A DNA stretch of 64,000 nt from an uncultured Chloroflexia bacterium (GCA_963699305.1 OY969431.1:1076911-1140910), one strand, 5' to 3'. Numbered from the stretch's first letter, positions 1 through 10,662 are shown. Made by a program: numbers and translations. Notes: generated from the letters alone by a model not told the origin.

Positions 1-2087
1 GATCAATTCATTCATCAACTCCATCAATCCGGAAATGATGGTATTGAATTCAAAAGATTCGAAGTCATGCGTTACTTTCCGCAGTGTCTGATGAACTTTT
101 CTTCGTATGTTCTTTGTATCTTCATCCGTAATAGGTTTTGACTCACCGTGCTCCATAATGGCAACCCAAACCCTTTTGATCCATCGGTTGACGCCTTCAA
201 TCCCGGTGCTGCTCCAGGGACCACCCTGGTCCCAACGCGCAAAAAACATCAGGTAGGCACGCAGCGTGTCAGCACCAAATGTCTGCACCAAATCATCCAG
301 TGGTACAACATTTCCCCTGGATTTCGACATCTTTTCACCATCTTCACCCAGCACCATCCCTTGGTTACTGAGTTTCAGCATCGGTTCATCACCTTTCAAT
401 ATCCCGCAATCCCGGCTGGCTTTATGGAAAAAGCGCGTATAGATCAAGTGCATGTTTGCATGCTCGATCCCACCGGTGTAGGCATCAACGGGCATCCAAT
501 ACGCATATTCCTTCGGATCAAAAGGTCCTTTGTCGTAATGGGGACTCAGATACCGCAAGTGATACCACGAAGAACACATGAAGGTATCGAGGGTATCCGT
601 TTCTCTTTCTGCATCACCACCACAGGTAGGACATTTGGTAAATCGCCATGTTGGATGGAGCTTTAATGGGCTCTCCCCGGTCGGTTTCCACTCAACGTCT
701 TCCGGCAAGGTTACAGGCAGCAGGTCACCGGGTACTGGGACTACACCGCATTTCTTGCAATAAATGATTGGTATGGGAGCACCCCAATAACGTTGACGAG
801 AAACCAACCAATCTCTTAGTTTGTAATTGATAGTCTTTTTCCCGACTCCCTTTTGTTTAATGTATTCACAAGCTTTTTCAAACGCATCTTCTCCATCGGT
901 TCCGCTCAATTCTCCGGAGTTCAGCATTGCTCCCGAAGCAGGGATGGCTGCCATCAACTCATCGGGATTAATGGGAGCGATATCTTTCGGTTGGATAACC
1001 ACCCGGATGGGCAATTTGTATTTCCGGGCAAATTCGAAATCGCGTTGATCGTGAGCAGGAACTGCCATGATTGCGCCGGTTCCATATGTCATCAATACAT
1101 AGTCAGCGATCCAGATGGGTATGCGTTCATCACTTACCGGATTTATTGCAAAGCTTCCTGTAAATACCCCGGTTTTTTCTTTATCGGTGGCTTCACGCTG
1201 GATATCCGATTCCCTCAAAGTTTGTGTCAGATATTCAGTGACTTGTTTTTTCTGTTCAAGCGTGGTAATTTTTTCTACCAATGGATGCTCGGGTGCCAGC
1301 ACCATGAAAGTGACGCCCCACAGAGTATCCGGTCGGGTCGTGAAGACTTCCAAGGCATCCCCTGTTTCAGTATTAAAACAACAGATGCTCCCTCGGAACG
1401 ACCGATCCACTTTTCTTCCAATGTCCGGACTCTTTCCGGCCAATCGATCTTGCTGAAATCCAGCAATTCTTCTGCATATGCGGTGGTTTTGAAAAACCAT
1501 TGATCCAGGTTCTTTTTGATGACCGGAGTGTGACAGCGTTCACAATGACGGTCATCACCCCATACTTGTTCTCGTGCGAGCGTAGTATTGCAGCTTGGGC
1601 ACCAATCCACAGGCGACATTTTTTTATAAGCCAGCCCGTGATTATAGAATTGGATGAAAAACCATTGTGTCCAACGATAATATTCTGGGTCTGCGCTGAT
1701 CGCCTCCCTCCGCCAGTCGAACATCGATCCCAGGCTTTTCAACTGTTGGCGCATGCGAGCGATATTTTTGTAAGTCCATTCTTTTGGATGAATATTGTTC
1801 TTGATTGCAGCATTTTCGGCTGGTAATCCAAACGCATCAAACCCGATCGGGAACATCACATTATGACCGTTCATGCGTTTATACCGGGCACGTGCATCCG
1901 GAGCAACATATGCATACGAATGACCGGCATGCAGATCTCCGGAAGGATAAGGCAGCATCATCAAGGCATAATGTTTCGGTTTCTTGGCATCGATATCGGC
2001 TTTGTAGAGACCATTTTTCTCCCATTTCTTCTGCCATTTGGGTTCGATTTCTGTTGGGTTGTAGATCGGTGTGTCCTTGATTTCCAT
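1..2087 (-). CDS. leuS: leucyl-tRNA synthetase; the gene runs off the left edge and its frame is broken by a 1-nt indel near 1375-1378
   Basis: The N-terminal ORF reads MEIKDTPIYNPTEIEPKWQKKW...HAGHSYAYV...WIGRSEGA. It continues in another frame as VFTTRPDTLWGVTFMVLAPEHPLVEK...KTGVFTGSFAINP...AVPAHDQRDFEFA, down to base 1. I chose the ATG at 2087, which is preceded by GAGAGGCAGGGA, rather than the ATG at 2111 that abuts the T-box terminator. Confidence 0.9.
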
Positions 2088-2111
2088 ATTTCCCTGCCTC
2101 TCGTTTCGCAT

Positions 2112-2335
2112 ATTAATAAATAAAATCCTTCAATCTCAGGGACGAAGGATTTCTCCGCGGTACCACCCTGTTTGTCAATTTCTGACCACTCAGGTGAGCT
2201 GTAACGGGCTTTCCCGGATCTGGTTTTATATGCATGTCAGATCGACCGTTTCTTTTGGCAAGCGAGTTCAGTCCATGTACTCCGTATATACATTGCCGGG
2301 CTTTCACCTCTCATTCCCGAACTCGCTGACGGATG
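2112..2335 (-). promoter_or_regulatory. T-box leader (tRNA-sensing riboswitch), probably Leu-specific, upstream of leuS
   Basis: Read on the minus strand: Stem I arms AGCGAGTT/AACUCGCU lie at 2261-2327, with GAGAGG/GAAAG motifs. A candidate specifier CUG followed by A sits just before the 3' arm (plus-strand cag at 2269-2271). The conserved T-box core AGGGUGGUACCGCGG is at 2155-2169. A terminator hairpin AAAUCCUUC...GAAGGAUUU plus a U-tract is at 2114-2152. Confidence 0.75.
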
Positions 2336-2361
2336 ACCTACTACTCTTGCCTTACTTTCAG

Positions 2362-2434
2362 TGGACCCAGAGGGATTCGAACCCTCGGCCTTCTCAATGC
2401 CATTGAGACGCGCTCCCAACTGCGCTATGGGCCC
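2362..2434 (-). tRNA. tRNA-Ala (anticodon GGC)
   Basis: The reverse complement GGGCCCATAGCGCAGTTGGGAGCGCGTCTCAATGGCATTGAGAAGGCCGAGGGTTCGAATCCCTCTGGGTCCA folds as a cloverleaf. The anticodon loop is AUGGCAU and a G3:U70 pair is present. No CCA is encoded. Confidence 0.9.
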
Positions 2435-2468
2435 AAATGCTGTCCTTCGTATACGAGCCTGATACCAG

Positions 2469-2541
2469 TGGACCTGGGGGGATTCGAACCCCCGGCCTCT
2501 TCAGTGCGATTGAAGCGCGCTCCCAACTGCGCTACAGGCCC
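2469..2541 (-). tRNA. tRNA-Ala (anticodon CGC)
   Basis: The reverse complement GGGCCTGTAGCGCAGTTGGGAGCGCGCTTCAATCGCACTGAAGAGGCCGGGGGTTCGAATCCCCCCAGGTCCA folds as a cloverleaf. The anticodon loop is AUCGCAC and G3:U70 is present. No CCA is encoded. Confidence 0.9.
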
Positions 2542-2557
2542 GTGATAGGATAGACCG

Positions 2558-2586
2558 ATTGTACCTGATGGCAATATGCCTGTCAA
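2558..2586 (-). promoter_or_regulatory. sigma70-type promoter for the tRNA-Ala genes (and possibly the T-box and leuS)
   Basis: The minus strand reads TTGACA-N17-TACAAT. The -10 element ends about 16 nt upstream of the first tRNA 5' end. Confidence 0.6.
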
Positions 2587-2634
2587 GAATGGTTGTTCAC
2601 ATGGTGATTTTACCTCTACGCACAAATCCATTCC

Positions 2635-2663
2635 TTGACAAGTTCATTTTATTAGGATAGAAT
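2635..2663 (+). promoter_or_regulatory. sigma70-type promoter for the ArsR-family gene
   Basis: TTGACA (2635-2640), a 17-nt spacer, then TAGAAT (2658-2663), about 34 nt upstream of the start at 2697. Confidence 0.6.
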
Positions 2664-2696
2664 CATTTCGATATCTATCTATTTAGTTTTATAGAG

Positions 2697-3299
2697 GTGA
2701 TTATGGAATCTGCTGAATACACAAATAAATTATTGGGTTTTTTTAAAGTTCTGGCTGATGCCAATCGGTTGAAGATCATAGGATTGCTCGCGGTTCGATC
2801 TTACACGGTTGAAGATTTAGCAAAAGCGTTGAACCTTACACCTTCCACAACATCGCACCATCTTTCACGTCTCGCTGATCTTGATCTGGTCACTGCACAA
2901 GCTAAAGGGTATTACAGCATATATTCACTCCAGACCGAAACGCTCGAAACCATGTCGCGGAATCTGCTCGCACGTGAGAATTTGCCTAACCTGATTGCCT
3001 CACAGGCAGGTAATGAGTTTGCTAAAAAGGTGATCAACGAATTCACTTCAGAAGATGAAAGCATTAAAGCATTCCCCGCCCAACGCAAGAAAATGGACGT
3101 CCTGCTTGCCTATATTGCCAGATCCTTTGAGCTTGATAATAAATACTCGGAGAAAATGGTTAATGAAATATTAAAGAAGTACAACGAGGATTTTGCCACC
3201 CTGAGACGAGAACTGATCGATATACAATATATGGGGCGTAAATCGGGCGAATATTGGCTAACTGAGCTGGGATATAATTCCAGCAGGAATTATCGATGA
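2697..3299 (+). CDS. ArsR-family winged-helix regulator with a C-terminal DUF2087-like domain
   Basis: The N-terminus FKVLADANRLKIIGLLAVRSYTVEDLAKALNLTPSTTSHHLSRLADLDLV is a typical ArsR/SmtB HTH. The C-terminal half is of the type usually annotated DUF2087. Confidence 0.75.
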   Translation: MIMESAEYTNKLLGFFKVLADANRLKIIGLLAVRSYTVEDLAKALNLTPSTTSHHLSRLADLDLVTAQAKGYYSIYSLQTETLETMSRNLLARENLPNLIASQAGNEFAKKVINEFTSEDESIKAFPAQRKKMDVLLAYIARSFELDNKYSEKMVNEILKKYNEDFATLRRELIDIQYMGRKSGEYWLTELGYNSSRNYR

Positions 3300-4403
3300 C
3301 AACACAGCACCTTGACCATCTCCATACCCTAATTTCCACTGACAGGCTGGATGCAATTGTACTAAACCCGGGACCCAGCCTGATCCATTTAACAGGGTTG
3401 GGTTTCCATCTCATGGAAAGACCGGTTGTGCTGTTTGTTAAACCCCATCGAACCTCAGCGTTAATTCTTCCCGGTCTTGAAATTCAAAAAGCAAAGGAAG
3501 CGAAAATCCCGCTTGAATTATTTCAATATGGAGATAATCCAGCTTCTTGGCAAAATATCTTCAAGCAGGTTGTTACTGACTTTAAAATTGGCTCGGCAAT
3601 AGTTGGAGTTGAACCTACTCGGATACGCTTCCTGGAATTGAATTTTCTTCAAGGCGTTGCACGGAAAATGAAGTTGGTTTCTGCAGAGACCTCTTTAGTA
3701 GAGATTAGAATTTGCAAGGAAGCTGATGAAATCGAGAACATGCGCAAGGCAGTTAATATTCCGGAAACCGCGTTGCTTGCTGTAATCCCAAAAATTCATG
3801 CAGGTGTTACAGAAAAACACATTGCAGCTGAATTTAACCATTGAGCTTCTCAGGGCAGGTTCGGCTCCCGAAATGCCCTTTAGCCCCATTGTGTCGGGAG
3901 GTCCCCACAGTGCTGATCCACATGCGGAACCATCCGATAGACCCTTGCAGTCCGGTGACATGCTGGTCATTGATTGGGGCGCAGCATACAACGGTTATAT
4001 TTCCGATCTTACCCGTTCGTTTGCAATAGATCAAATTTCCCCGGAATTTGAAAAAATTGGAAAAACAGTAATGGAAGCTAATTTAGCAGCAACCATGATA
4101 ATTAGACCGGGAATTTCAGCAGGGGAAGCCGATGAAGCAGCTCGAAAAGTTATCAGGCAGGCGGGTTATGGTGATTTTTTCACGCACCGGTTGGGTCATG
4201 GGATAGGAAGGGAGCCACATGAATCTCCTTATATCTTCAACGCAAATAAACAAAACCTGAAAACTGGCATGACTTTTACCATCGAACCGGGGGTTTATCT
4301 CGCACAGCAAGGTGGTGTTCGCATCGAAGATAATGTGGTTGTGACTGCTCAAGGTGTGGAAGTATTAAGTTCACTCCCTCGGGAAGTCAGAATCCTGCAT
4401 TAA
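3296..4403 (+). CDS. Xaa-Pro aminopeptidase/dipeptidase (M24B), split by a 1-nt insertion near 3830-3842
   Basis: The first ORF ends ...GVTEKHIAAEFNH*. The next frame continues IELLRAGSAPEMPFSPIVSGGPHSADPHAEPSDRPLQSGDMLVIDWGAAYNGYISDLTRSF...HRLGHGIGREPHE...EPGVY...IEDNVVV, which carries the M24 metal-ligand motifs. Removing one C from the CC at 3838-3839 restores the frame. Confidence 0.85.
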
Positions 4404-4435
4404 TTTACATTCCATAAATAACTACAGGAGTTCCC

Positions 4436-5198
4436 TTGAAATATCCGCTAACCCTTTCTTCTGCAGAACCTTTCTTTCTCCCCGGTGGGAAAACCGGTTG
4501 CCTGGTCATCCATGGATTTACAGGGACGCCTAAAGAAATGCGGTGGCTGGCTGAATACTTAAACAAGAAAGGTTTTACTGTTTTAGGGATTCGGTTGGCA
4601 GCCCACGCCACACAACCCGAGGATATGCTTAGGGTACGTTGGTGGGATTGGGTGGCGAGTGTTGAAGATGGGTTAAAATATCCTTTCAGGCTGCACAAAA
4701 GATCAATTCGTCATTGGGCTATCGATGGGTGGAATTTTATCGTTGATTGCCGCAGCGCATTACAAAGTCAAAGGTGCTGTTGCAATCTCCACACCATATT
4801 CCTTGCCGGCTGATCCCAGACTTAAATTCATCAAATTATTACACTGGTTCCTACCCAAAGCTCCTAAAGGGGAATCGGATTTTATAAATAGGGCTGCTGA
4901 AAAAATCCATGTGGATTACCCCTACTTCCCCACACGCAGTATTATCCAATTGATGGATTTGGTAAAGGAAATGCAAAATTCGATCCCCCTTATTCATGTA
5001 CCTGTTCTATTGGCGCAATCGCACGGGGATAAGGGTATTCCTGGAGAAAGTATGGACACCATTTTCGACAATTTGAAAACTAGGGACAAAACAAAGATTT
5101 GGGTGGAGAATTCTGGGCACGTTGTGATAAGAGAGCCTGATCGCGAGATAGTGTTCAAAGCAGCTGTCGATTTTATCAAACGTGTTTCTAAAAAATAA
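4436..5198 (+). CDS. carboxylesterase / alpha-beta hydrolase (Est30-like), split by a 1-nt insertion near 4682-4683
   Basis: Part one has LVIHGFTGTPKEMRWLAEYL...WWDWVASVEDGLKY. The other frame continues LSGCTKDQFVIGLSMGGILSL (the GxSxG nucleophile elbow) through HGDKG...SGHV. Confidence 0.8.
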
Positions 5199-6343
5199 TG
5201 CAACTAGATTTTATCCTAATTGGAGTTTCCCTTTTTACATGGGGGATTGGTGAAGGATTATTTTATTACTTCATCCCTTTGTCTTTGCAGCAATGGGGTG
5301 CTGATCCATTGTTGATCGGTGCCATTTTTGGTGGTGTTGGAATTGCTATCACGATCGCACAAATTCCCGCAGGTTACATCTCCGATAAAATTGGTCCTCG
5401 CTATATCATGTGGACTTCCTGGGTCATTGGAACGATTGCCGCTTGGATCATGGCTCTTGCCCAATCACTTACCATTTTTGTGGTCGGATTATGGCTGTAC
5501 TATCTTACGGCTTTTGTAATGGCACCCATGAATAATCTAATAACCCAGGTGAGAGGAAGGATGAGGACCGAACGCGCGTTGACTCTCGTTGGAGGATTGT
5601 TCAACCTGGGTGCAATAGCAGGACCAATTATTGGTGGAATGCTTGCGAAAAGATATGGCCTGAATCGCATTTATTTTTTCTCCGCATGCGTTTTTATCCT
5701 TTCAACGATCATCATCTTCTTCATCCGCTCAAAAAATGTGGAACACCTTGGGGAAGAAGCTGGTGAAGTGAATTTGTTTAAGAACCGAAGGTATTTGGCA
5801 TTCCTGGCGATCTCATTTTTCACAATTATGATGCTGTACTTCCCACAGCCCCTGACTCCAAATTATTTACAAAACTTAAAGTCACTTAATTTGGATACGA
5901 TCGGTCTCCTGGGAACAATCGGCAATCTTGGTAATGCTTTTGCAACACTGGTCCTTGGTAGTCTATCTGCCACAGCAGGACTATTGGTTGGTCAGGTCAT
6001 GGTGATCCTCTTTTCTCTAGCAATGTGGCATGGTGACCAGACTTGGGTATTCGGTCTTGGTTATTTCCTTTTGGGCGGTTATCGGCTGATGCGGGCGATG
6101 GTGGTATCCATTACTCGTTCTTTTGTCAGAGCCAGGCAGGTGGGTTTGGCATTCGGTATCCTGGAGACTGTGACGGGTTGTGCGATCATGCTTGCCCCCA
6201 TCATGGCAGGTTGGTTTTATGTAAAAGATCCTAACTCAATCTATCCAATCAGTATGGCGTTCCTTGCCTTAACAATAATTGTCAATTTGATATTCCTTAG
6301 AAATCTTCATATCAAAATGAAATTGGCGGGCATTGAACGATGA
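5198..6343 (+). CDS. MFS transporter
   Basis: A 381-aa protein with about 12 hydrophobic segments and an MFS-like loop (GYISDKIGPRY). Confidence 0.7.
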   Translation: MQLDFILIGVSLFTWGIGEGLFYYFIPLSLQQWGADPLLIGAIFGGVGIAITIAQIPAGYISDKIGPRYIMWTSWVIGTIAAWIMALAQSLTIFVVGLWLYYLTAFVMAPMNNLITQVRGRMRTERALTLVGGLFNLGAIAGPIIGGMLAKRYGLNRIYFFSACVFILSTIIIFFIRSKNVEHLGEEAGEVNLFKNRRYLAFLAISFFTIMMLYFPQPLTPNYLQNLKSLNLDTIGLLGTIGNLGNAFATLVLGSLSATAGLLVGQVMVILFSLAMWHGDQTWVFGLGYFLLGGYRLMRAMVVSITRSFVRARQVGLAFGILETVTGCAIMLAPIMAGWFYVKDPNSIYPISMAFLALTIIVNLIFLRNLHIKMKLAGIER

Positions 6344-6975
6344 GTCTGGCTTTTCATTCCTTCACGCTTGGACCTTTGGATAACAACACCTACCTCCTTG
6401 AAGATACCTCGACCAAAGAATGTGTTGTCATCGATCCAACATATGAGATAGAAAATGTTTTGGATGACATCCTCAAGAATAAACGGATCTTGAAATCGCT
6501 GTGGATTACACACGCTCATTTTGACCACATCATTGGTGTTTCTCAATTATGGGAAAAGGTTAATCCTCGTCCAAACATTTGCCTTCATCAATCCGACCTT
6601 GATTCCTGGCTTTCAGATGGCGGCGCGAGAGAGTTCAACCTGCATTTTTCTCTTCCAATGCGACCCGATTGTTTTATTGTCGACAAACAAAAACTGTCGG
6701 TTGGAAATCACCAATTTGAAGTGCGACATACACCCGGTCACTCGCCAGGACATGTCATATTCTATTCATCAAATATAAATGCGATCTTTTCCGGAGATCT
6801 CATCTTCTACCACTCCATCGGTCGAACGGATCTGCCAGGTGGAGATCAGAAATCAATATTGGAGAGTATTCATAACCAGATACTAACGCTTCCCGATGAT
6901 ACCCGTATTCTTTCAGGGCATGGATTGGAAACCACCGTTGGAGAGGAAAGGGAAAGCAATCCCTTCCTGAATTAA
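6340..6975 (+). CDS. MBL-fold metallo-hydrolase (glyoxalase II-like)
   Basis: HAHFDH motif (WITHAHFDHIIG), then HTPGHSPGH and GDLIF...GRTDLPGG. The start overlaps the upstream stop (ATGA). Confidence 0.85.
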   Translation: MSLAFHSFTLGPLDNNTYLLEDTSTKECVVIDPTYEIENVLDDILKNKRILKSLWITHAHFDHIIGVSQLWEKVNPRPNICLHQSDLDSWLSDGGAREFNLHFSLPMRPDCFIVDKQKLSVGNHQFEVRHTPGHSPGHVIFYSSNINAIFSGDLIFYHSIGRTDLPGGDQKSILESIHNQILTLPDDTRILSGHGLETTVGEERESNPFLN

Positions 6976-7005
6976 AAACGAGATGGCTTTCGCCATCTCG
7001 TTTTT
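6974..7005. terminator. bidirectional intrinsic terminator between the convergent MBL hydrolase and rny genes
   Basis: AAAAA-CGAGATGGC-tttc-GCCATCTCG-TTTTT: a perfect 9-bp stem flanked by A and T tracts. Confidence 0.8.
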
Positions 7006-7007
7006 AA

Positions 7008-8537
7008 TTACTTTGCGAATTCTATCGCCCGGGTTTCCCGGATGACGGTGACTTTAATCTGCCCTGGATACTGCATGGTCTCTTCAATCTGCTTGGCGAT
7101 ATCCCGAGATAGTTTCGTGGCTGCAAGATCATCCAACTCTTCAGGTCGTACGATGATGCGGACTTCGCGTCCAGCCTGGATGGCGTATGTCTGTGCAACA
7201 CCCTTGAAAGAATTGGCGATATCCTCTAGCGCTTTCAATCTCTTTATATATTGCTCCAGATCTTCACGGCGAGCGCCGGGTCGAGCACCAGAAATTGCAT
7301 CGGCTGATTCAACAATAATTGCTTCCACGGATTCCTGTTCCGTCTCGTGATGATGGGAGGCAATTGCATTGACAACCTTGGGATTCACTCCGTGGCGCTT
7401 GGCAAAATCCGATCCGATCGTGGCATGAGTGCCATCCGTGTTGTAATCCATGGCTTTCCCAAGATCATGCAGCAGCCCACCTGCTTTGGCTACTTCCACA
7501 TCAGCACCTAGTTCTGCTGCAAGTAAAGATGAAAGTTTGGAGACTTCCACAGCATGGCTGAGTTGGTTTTGTCCATAGGAAGTACGGAATCTCAGACGCC
7601 CAAGCATCTTAATGACTTCCGGATGCAGACCCGCGACACCCGCTTCATAGACAGCCTGTTCCCCAGCCTCCAAAATGTCACGATCTACACCACGTTGTTC
7701 TTCGCCGAGAATTTTTTCAATATGCGCTGGATGGATGCGTCCATCCTGTATCAATTTTTCCAATGTGCGTTTGGCAATTTCCCGCCGTACGGGGTCGAAA
7801 CATGAAACTGTCACAGCCTCGGGAGTATCATCGACTATTACGTCAACACCGGCAGCCTGCTCAAAAGCACGGATATTTCTTCCGTTTCGTCCAACGATTC
7901 GACCTTTCATTTCATCATTTGGAAGCAAGACGACGGAAGTTGAGACTTCAGCCACATGGTCAGAAGCGACTCGCTGGATAGCAGTTGCAATTAATTCACG
8001 GGCACGTTTCTCGCCCTCCTGCCGGGCCTCTGTTTCCACCTGTCGAATGATGCGTGCCATATCCGCGCGAGCGTCTTTTTCCGCAGCAGCGAGAACGAGC
8101 GTACGAGCTTCTTCCACACTTAATTCCCCAATACGTTGCAATTCGGTAATTTGCTGTTGATATAGCTTTTCAACCTCATTTGCCCGTTTATCAAGTGCAC
8201 TTTGGCGTTTACTGAGAACTTGTTCGCGTTGTTCCAGTTTCTCAAAACGTGTATCCAAATCGGTGCGACGACGCTGCAGGCGTTCTTCTTCCTTGGTCAT
8301 TTCAGTTCGGATTTTTCCGGTTTCTGCTTCAGTTTCCTGCATTACCTTCAAAGCCTTATCCCGCGCCTCCAATTCGATGACCCTGGCTTTTTCTGTGGCA
8401 TCGTTTGCCATTTGTTCAGCTTTGTGTTTCTGTGATTTGATAATCCGGCTGATCAATATCATAGCAACCACGGTTATCACAATTAGTGTGATGACGATGC
8501 TCAAAATAAAAATTAAACTATTCGGTATTTTGTCCAT
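7008..8537 (-). CDS. rny: ribonuclease Y
   Basis: An N-terminal TM helix, a long coiled-coil, a KH domain (GRIVGRNGRNIRAFE) and an HD domain (LLHDLGKA...ASHH). Confidence 0.95.
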   Translation of the reverse strand: MDKIPNSLIFILSIVITLIVITVVAMILISRIIKSQKHKAEQMANDATEKARVIELEARDKALKVMQETEAETGKIRTEMTKEEERLQRRRTDLDTRFEKLEQREQVLSKRQSALDKRANEVEKLYQQQITELQRIGELSVEEARTLVLAAAEKDARADMARIIRQVETEARQEGEKRARELIATAIQRVASDHVAEVSTSVVLLPNDEMKGRIVGRNGRNIRAFEQAAGVDVIVDDTPEAVTVSCFDPVRREIAKRTLEKLIQDGRIHPAHIEKILGEEQRGVDRDILEAGEQAVYEAGVAGLHPEVIKMLGRLRFRTSYGQNQLSHAVEVSKLSSLLAAELGADVEVAKAGGLLHDLGKAMDYNTDGTHATIGSDFAKRHGVNPKVVNAIASHHHETEQESVEAIIVESADAISGARPGARREDLEQYIKRLKALEDIANSFKGVAQTYAIQAGREVRIIVRPEELDDLAATKLSRDIAKQIEETMQYPGQIKVTVIRETRAIEFAK

Positions 8538-8547
8538 AATTCCACCT

Positions 8548-9186
8548 TTATTCGTTTATATCGTGAACACTGATTTTCTTCCACAATTGTTGACTGATCT
8601 CTCTAATTACATCGTAGTTAAATCCTCTACGCTGCAAATATCCGCCTAGCCTGATCTGGAATGATTTCCAATCCGCTTTTTCCAGATGTTTAAGGTATTT
8701 TTCTGCTGCGTGTAATGCCATTTTTTCTTCATCAATCCCCGATGTGGCATCTTGTATTAGTTCGTCCGCAATTCCTTTTTTTCTTAATTCATAACTCAGT
8801 AGTCTTTTCCCTCGTGGATGAAACGCAACCCTATTTTCCACCCATAGTTGGGAGAATTGCATATCGTTCAATAAACGTTCCTTCTGAGCTCGCTCTAGGA
8901 TTTTTTCCGAAATAGAGGGGGCTATTCCTAGAATTTCCAATTTTCGTGATGTTTCCGCAATAGAACGTGGACGGTATAGCAAGAAAGGTTGTATTCGTTG
9001 ATAACCGTACTCAAAACGATCTTTCTCCTGCCATTCAAGAATCTCTTTTTCGGAAAGCTCCTGGCCTAAATGTAGCTGGATACCAATCGTCTTGGTAACC
9101 CCAAATGCAAATTCCCCATTCAGGAAAACATTTACCCGAGTGTGGTTGTTTTTTTGTTCAGTCAAAGCTGTTATCGTTTTAATCAT
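8548..9186 (-). CDS. recX: recombination regulator RecX
   Basis: A 212-aa protein with RecX-type repeats (...RPRSIAETSRKLEILGI...YELRKKGIADELI...YLQRRGFNYDVI). It ends 10 nt upstream of rny. Confidence 0.8.
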   Translation of the reverse strand: MIKTITALTEQKNNHTRVNVFLNGEFAFGVTKTIGIQLHLGQELSEKEILEWQEKDRFEYGYQRIQPFLLYRPRSIAETSRKLEILGIAPSISEKILERAQKERLLNDMQFSQLWVENRVAFHPRGKRLLSYELRKKGIADELIQDATSGIDEEKMALHAAEKYLKHLEKADWKSFQIRLGGYLQRRGFNYDVIREISQQLWKKISVHDINE

Positions 9187-9526
9187 AAAAACCGTAACTG
9201 GTCAGGCAGATACGGCAAAACAAGTTAGCATAAATAATTATTAATGGTTTGCTTTGGAATGGCGAAAAATATTCTAAAACCAATCCTCATGTAAACAACA
9301 GCAAGTGATAAATGTGATGAGAGAATTGACCATATTAATCCAATACTCGATTTCTATTACTCTCTACTATCTACTCGCCAAAATGATCAAGAGCAATTAC
9401 ACGCTCTTAAAAAGCAATTCACATGTACTAACTTGCCAGCTGCATTCGCCGGGCATGAATCTTTATACTTTCAATAAACTAATTATACAATAAAATCGAA
9501 TGAGGGTGATACTTCTCGGGGTAGAT

Positions 9527-9535
9527 TGGTATAAT
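9527..9535 (+). promoter_or_regulatory. candidate extended -10 promoter element for the rfb-like cluster
   Basis: TGGTATAAT lies about 40 nt upstream of the rfbB start. No convincing -35 element was seen. Confidence 0.35.
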
Positions 9536-9573
9536 AGTTCCACAAATTAGTTTCACATTTTGGCGGAGGATTG

Positions 9574-10662
9574 ATGCAGAATGTCCTAATTACAGGAGGA
9601 GCAGGATTCATTGGATCGAATTTCATCCAGTTTCTCAATAATTGCACACCTAAAATAAATATCATCAACCTCGATGCATTAACGTATGCAGGCAATCGCG
9701 AGAATCTAAATGGTCTTGAAAATAATAAGAATTATCAATTCGTTCATGGAAATATCTGCGACCGTGAACTCTTAAGAAACCTCTTTGCAAATTACGATGT
9801 TGACACCGTCGTGCATTTTGCTGCTGAATCGCATGTTGACCGTTCAATCAAAGGACCCCTTCCCTTCATTGAAACAAATATCGTTGGCACTGCAATTTTA
9901 TTGGAGACTGCTCGTGAAGCTTGGGGAAACGACCACAGTTCAACTAAACCAGCCAACCGCTTTCATCATGTTTCCACAGATGAGGTATTTGGCTCATTAA
10001 AACCCGGTGATGCATCTTTTACAGAAACAACTCCATACTCTCCTAACTCTCCTTATGCCGCTTCCAAAGCAGCCAGTGATCACTTGGTACGATCTTATTT
10101 TCATACATATGGAATGCCGGTAACTATTTCCAATTGCTCTAATAATTATGGTCCATATCAATTTCCTGAAAAATTGATCCCCTTAATCATTCTGAATGCC
10201 ATTTCAGAGAAGCCATTACCTATATATGGCGACGGGTTGCAAATCCGTGATTGGCTTTATGTAAAAGATCATTGTGAAGCGATTTTCCAAATCCTCACCA
10301 AGGGGATGATTGGTGAAACATACAATATCGGTGGAAATAATCAACCGACTAATTTGGAAATTGTGAAAACAATTTGTCACATTTTGGATAGGTTATCTCC
10401 TCGCAAGGACAACATTTCGTACGAGAAGCAAATTGAATACGTCAAAGATCGACCAGGTCACGATCGTCGTTACGCGATGGATATCACAAAGATAAGTAAT
10501 TTGCTTGGTTGGCAGCCCAAGGAAAAGTTGGAAAGTGGGATGAAAAAAACCATACAATGGTATTTACAAAACTCAAATTGGCTTGAATCAATCCAAAAGA
10601 AAAAGGAATACAGCTCTTGGATTGAAACTCATTACACTCCGCAAAAAGGATCTACGAAATGA
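9574..10662 (+). CDS. rfbB: dTDP-glucose 4,6-dehydratase
   Basis: [14 protein letters not shown] Rossmann motif and [18 protein letters not shown] (YxxxK). Overall it looks like RmlB. Confidence 0.95.
   Translation: MQNVLITGGAGFIGSNFIQFLNNCTPKINIINLDALTYAGNRENLNGLENNKNYQFVHGNICDRELLRNLFANYDVDTVVHFAAESHVDRSIKGPLPFIETNIVGTAILLETAREAWGNDHSSTKPANRFHHVSTDEVFGSLKPGDASFTETTPYSPNSPYAASKAASDHLVRSYFHTYGMPVTISNCSNNYGPYQFPEKLIPLIILNAISEKPLPIYGDGLQIRDWLYVKDHCEAIFQILTKGMIGETYNIGGNNQPTNLEIVKTICHILDRLSPRKDNISYEKQIEYVKDRPGHDRRYAMDITKISNLLGWQPKEKLESGMKKTIQWYLQNSNWLESIQKKKEYSSWIETHYTPQKGSTK

Noticed and set aside
1275-1390. Programmed ribosomal frameshifting or genuine pseudogenisation as the explanation for the leuS and obg frame breaks.
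   Set aside because: There is no slippery heptamer or downstream pseudoknot. The same type of 1-nt homopolymer indel recurs in ten unrelated genes, and both halves stay conserved. Sequencing or consensus error is the simpler explanation, though it is not proven.
148-1503. Long plus-strand ORFs (148-666, 853-1503, 1115-1456) inside the leuS region.
   Set aside because: They are antisense shadows of the clearly conserved leuS reading frames. Their translations are low-complexity, with no recognisable motifs.
2071-2631. ORFs of 60-110 aa on both strands across 2071-2631.
   Set aside because: They overlap the T-box leader and the two tRNA-Ala genes. The structured RNAs explain the sequence better.
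7042-8649. Plus-strand ORFs (7042-7350, 7675-8160, 8263-8649) within rny and recX.
   Set aside because: They are antisense to strongly supported genes, and their composition (Ser/Arg/Ala-rich) is typical of shadow frames.
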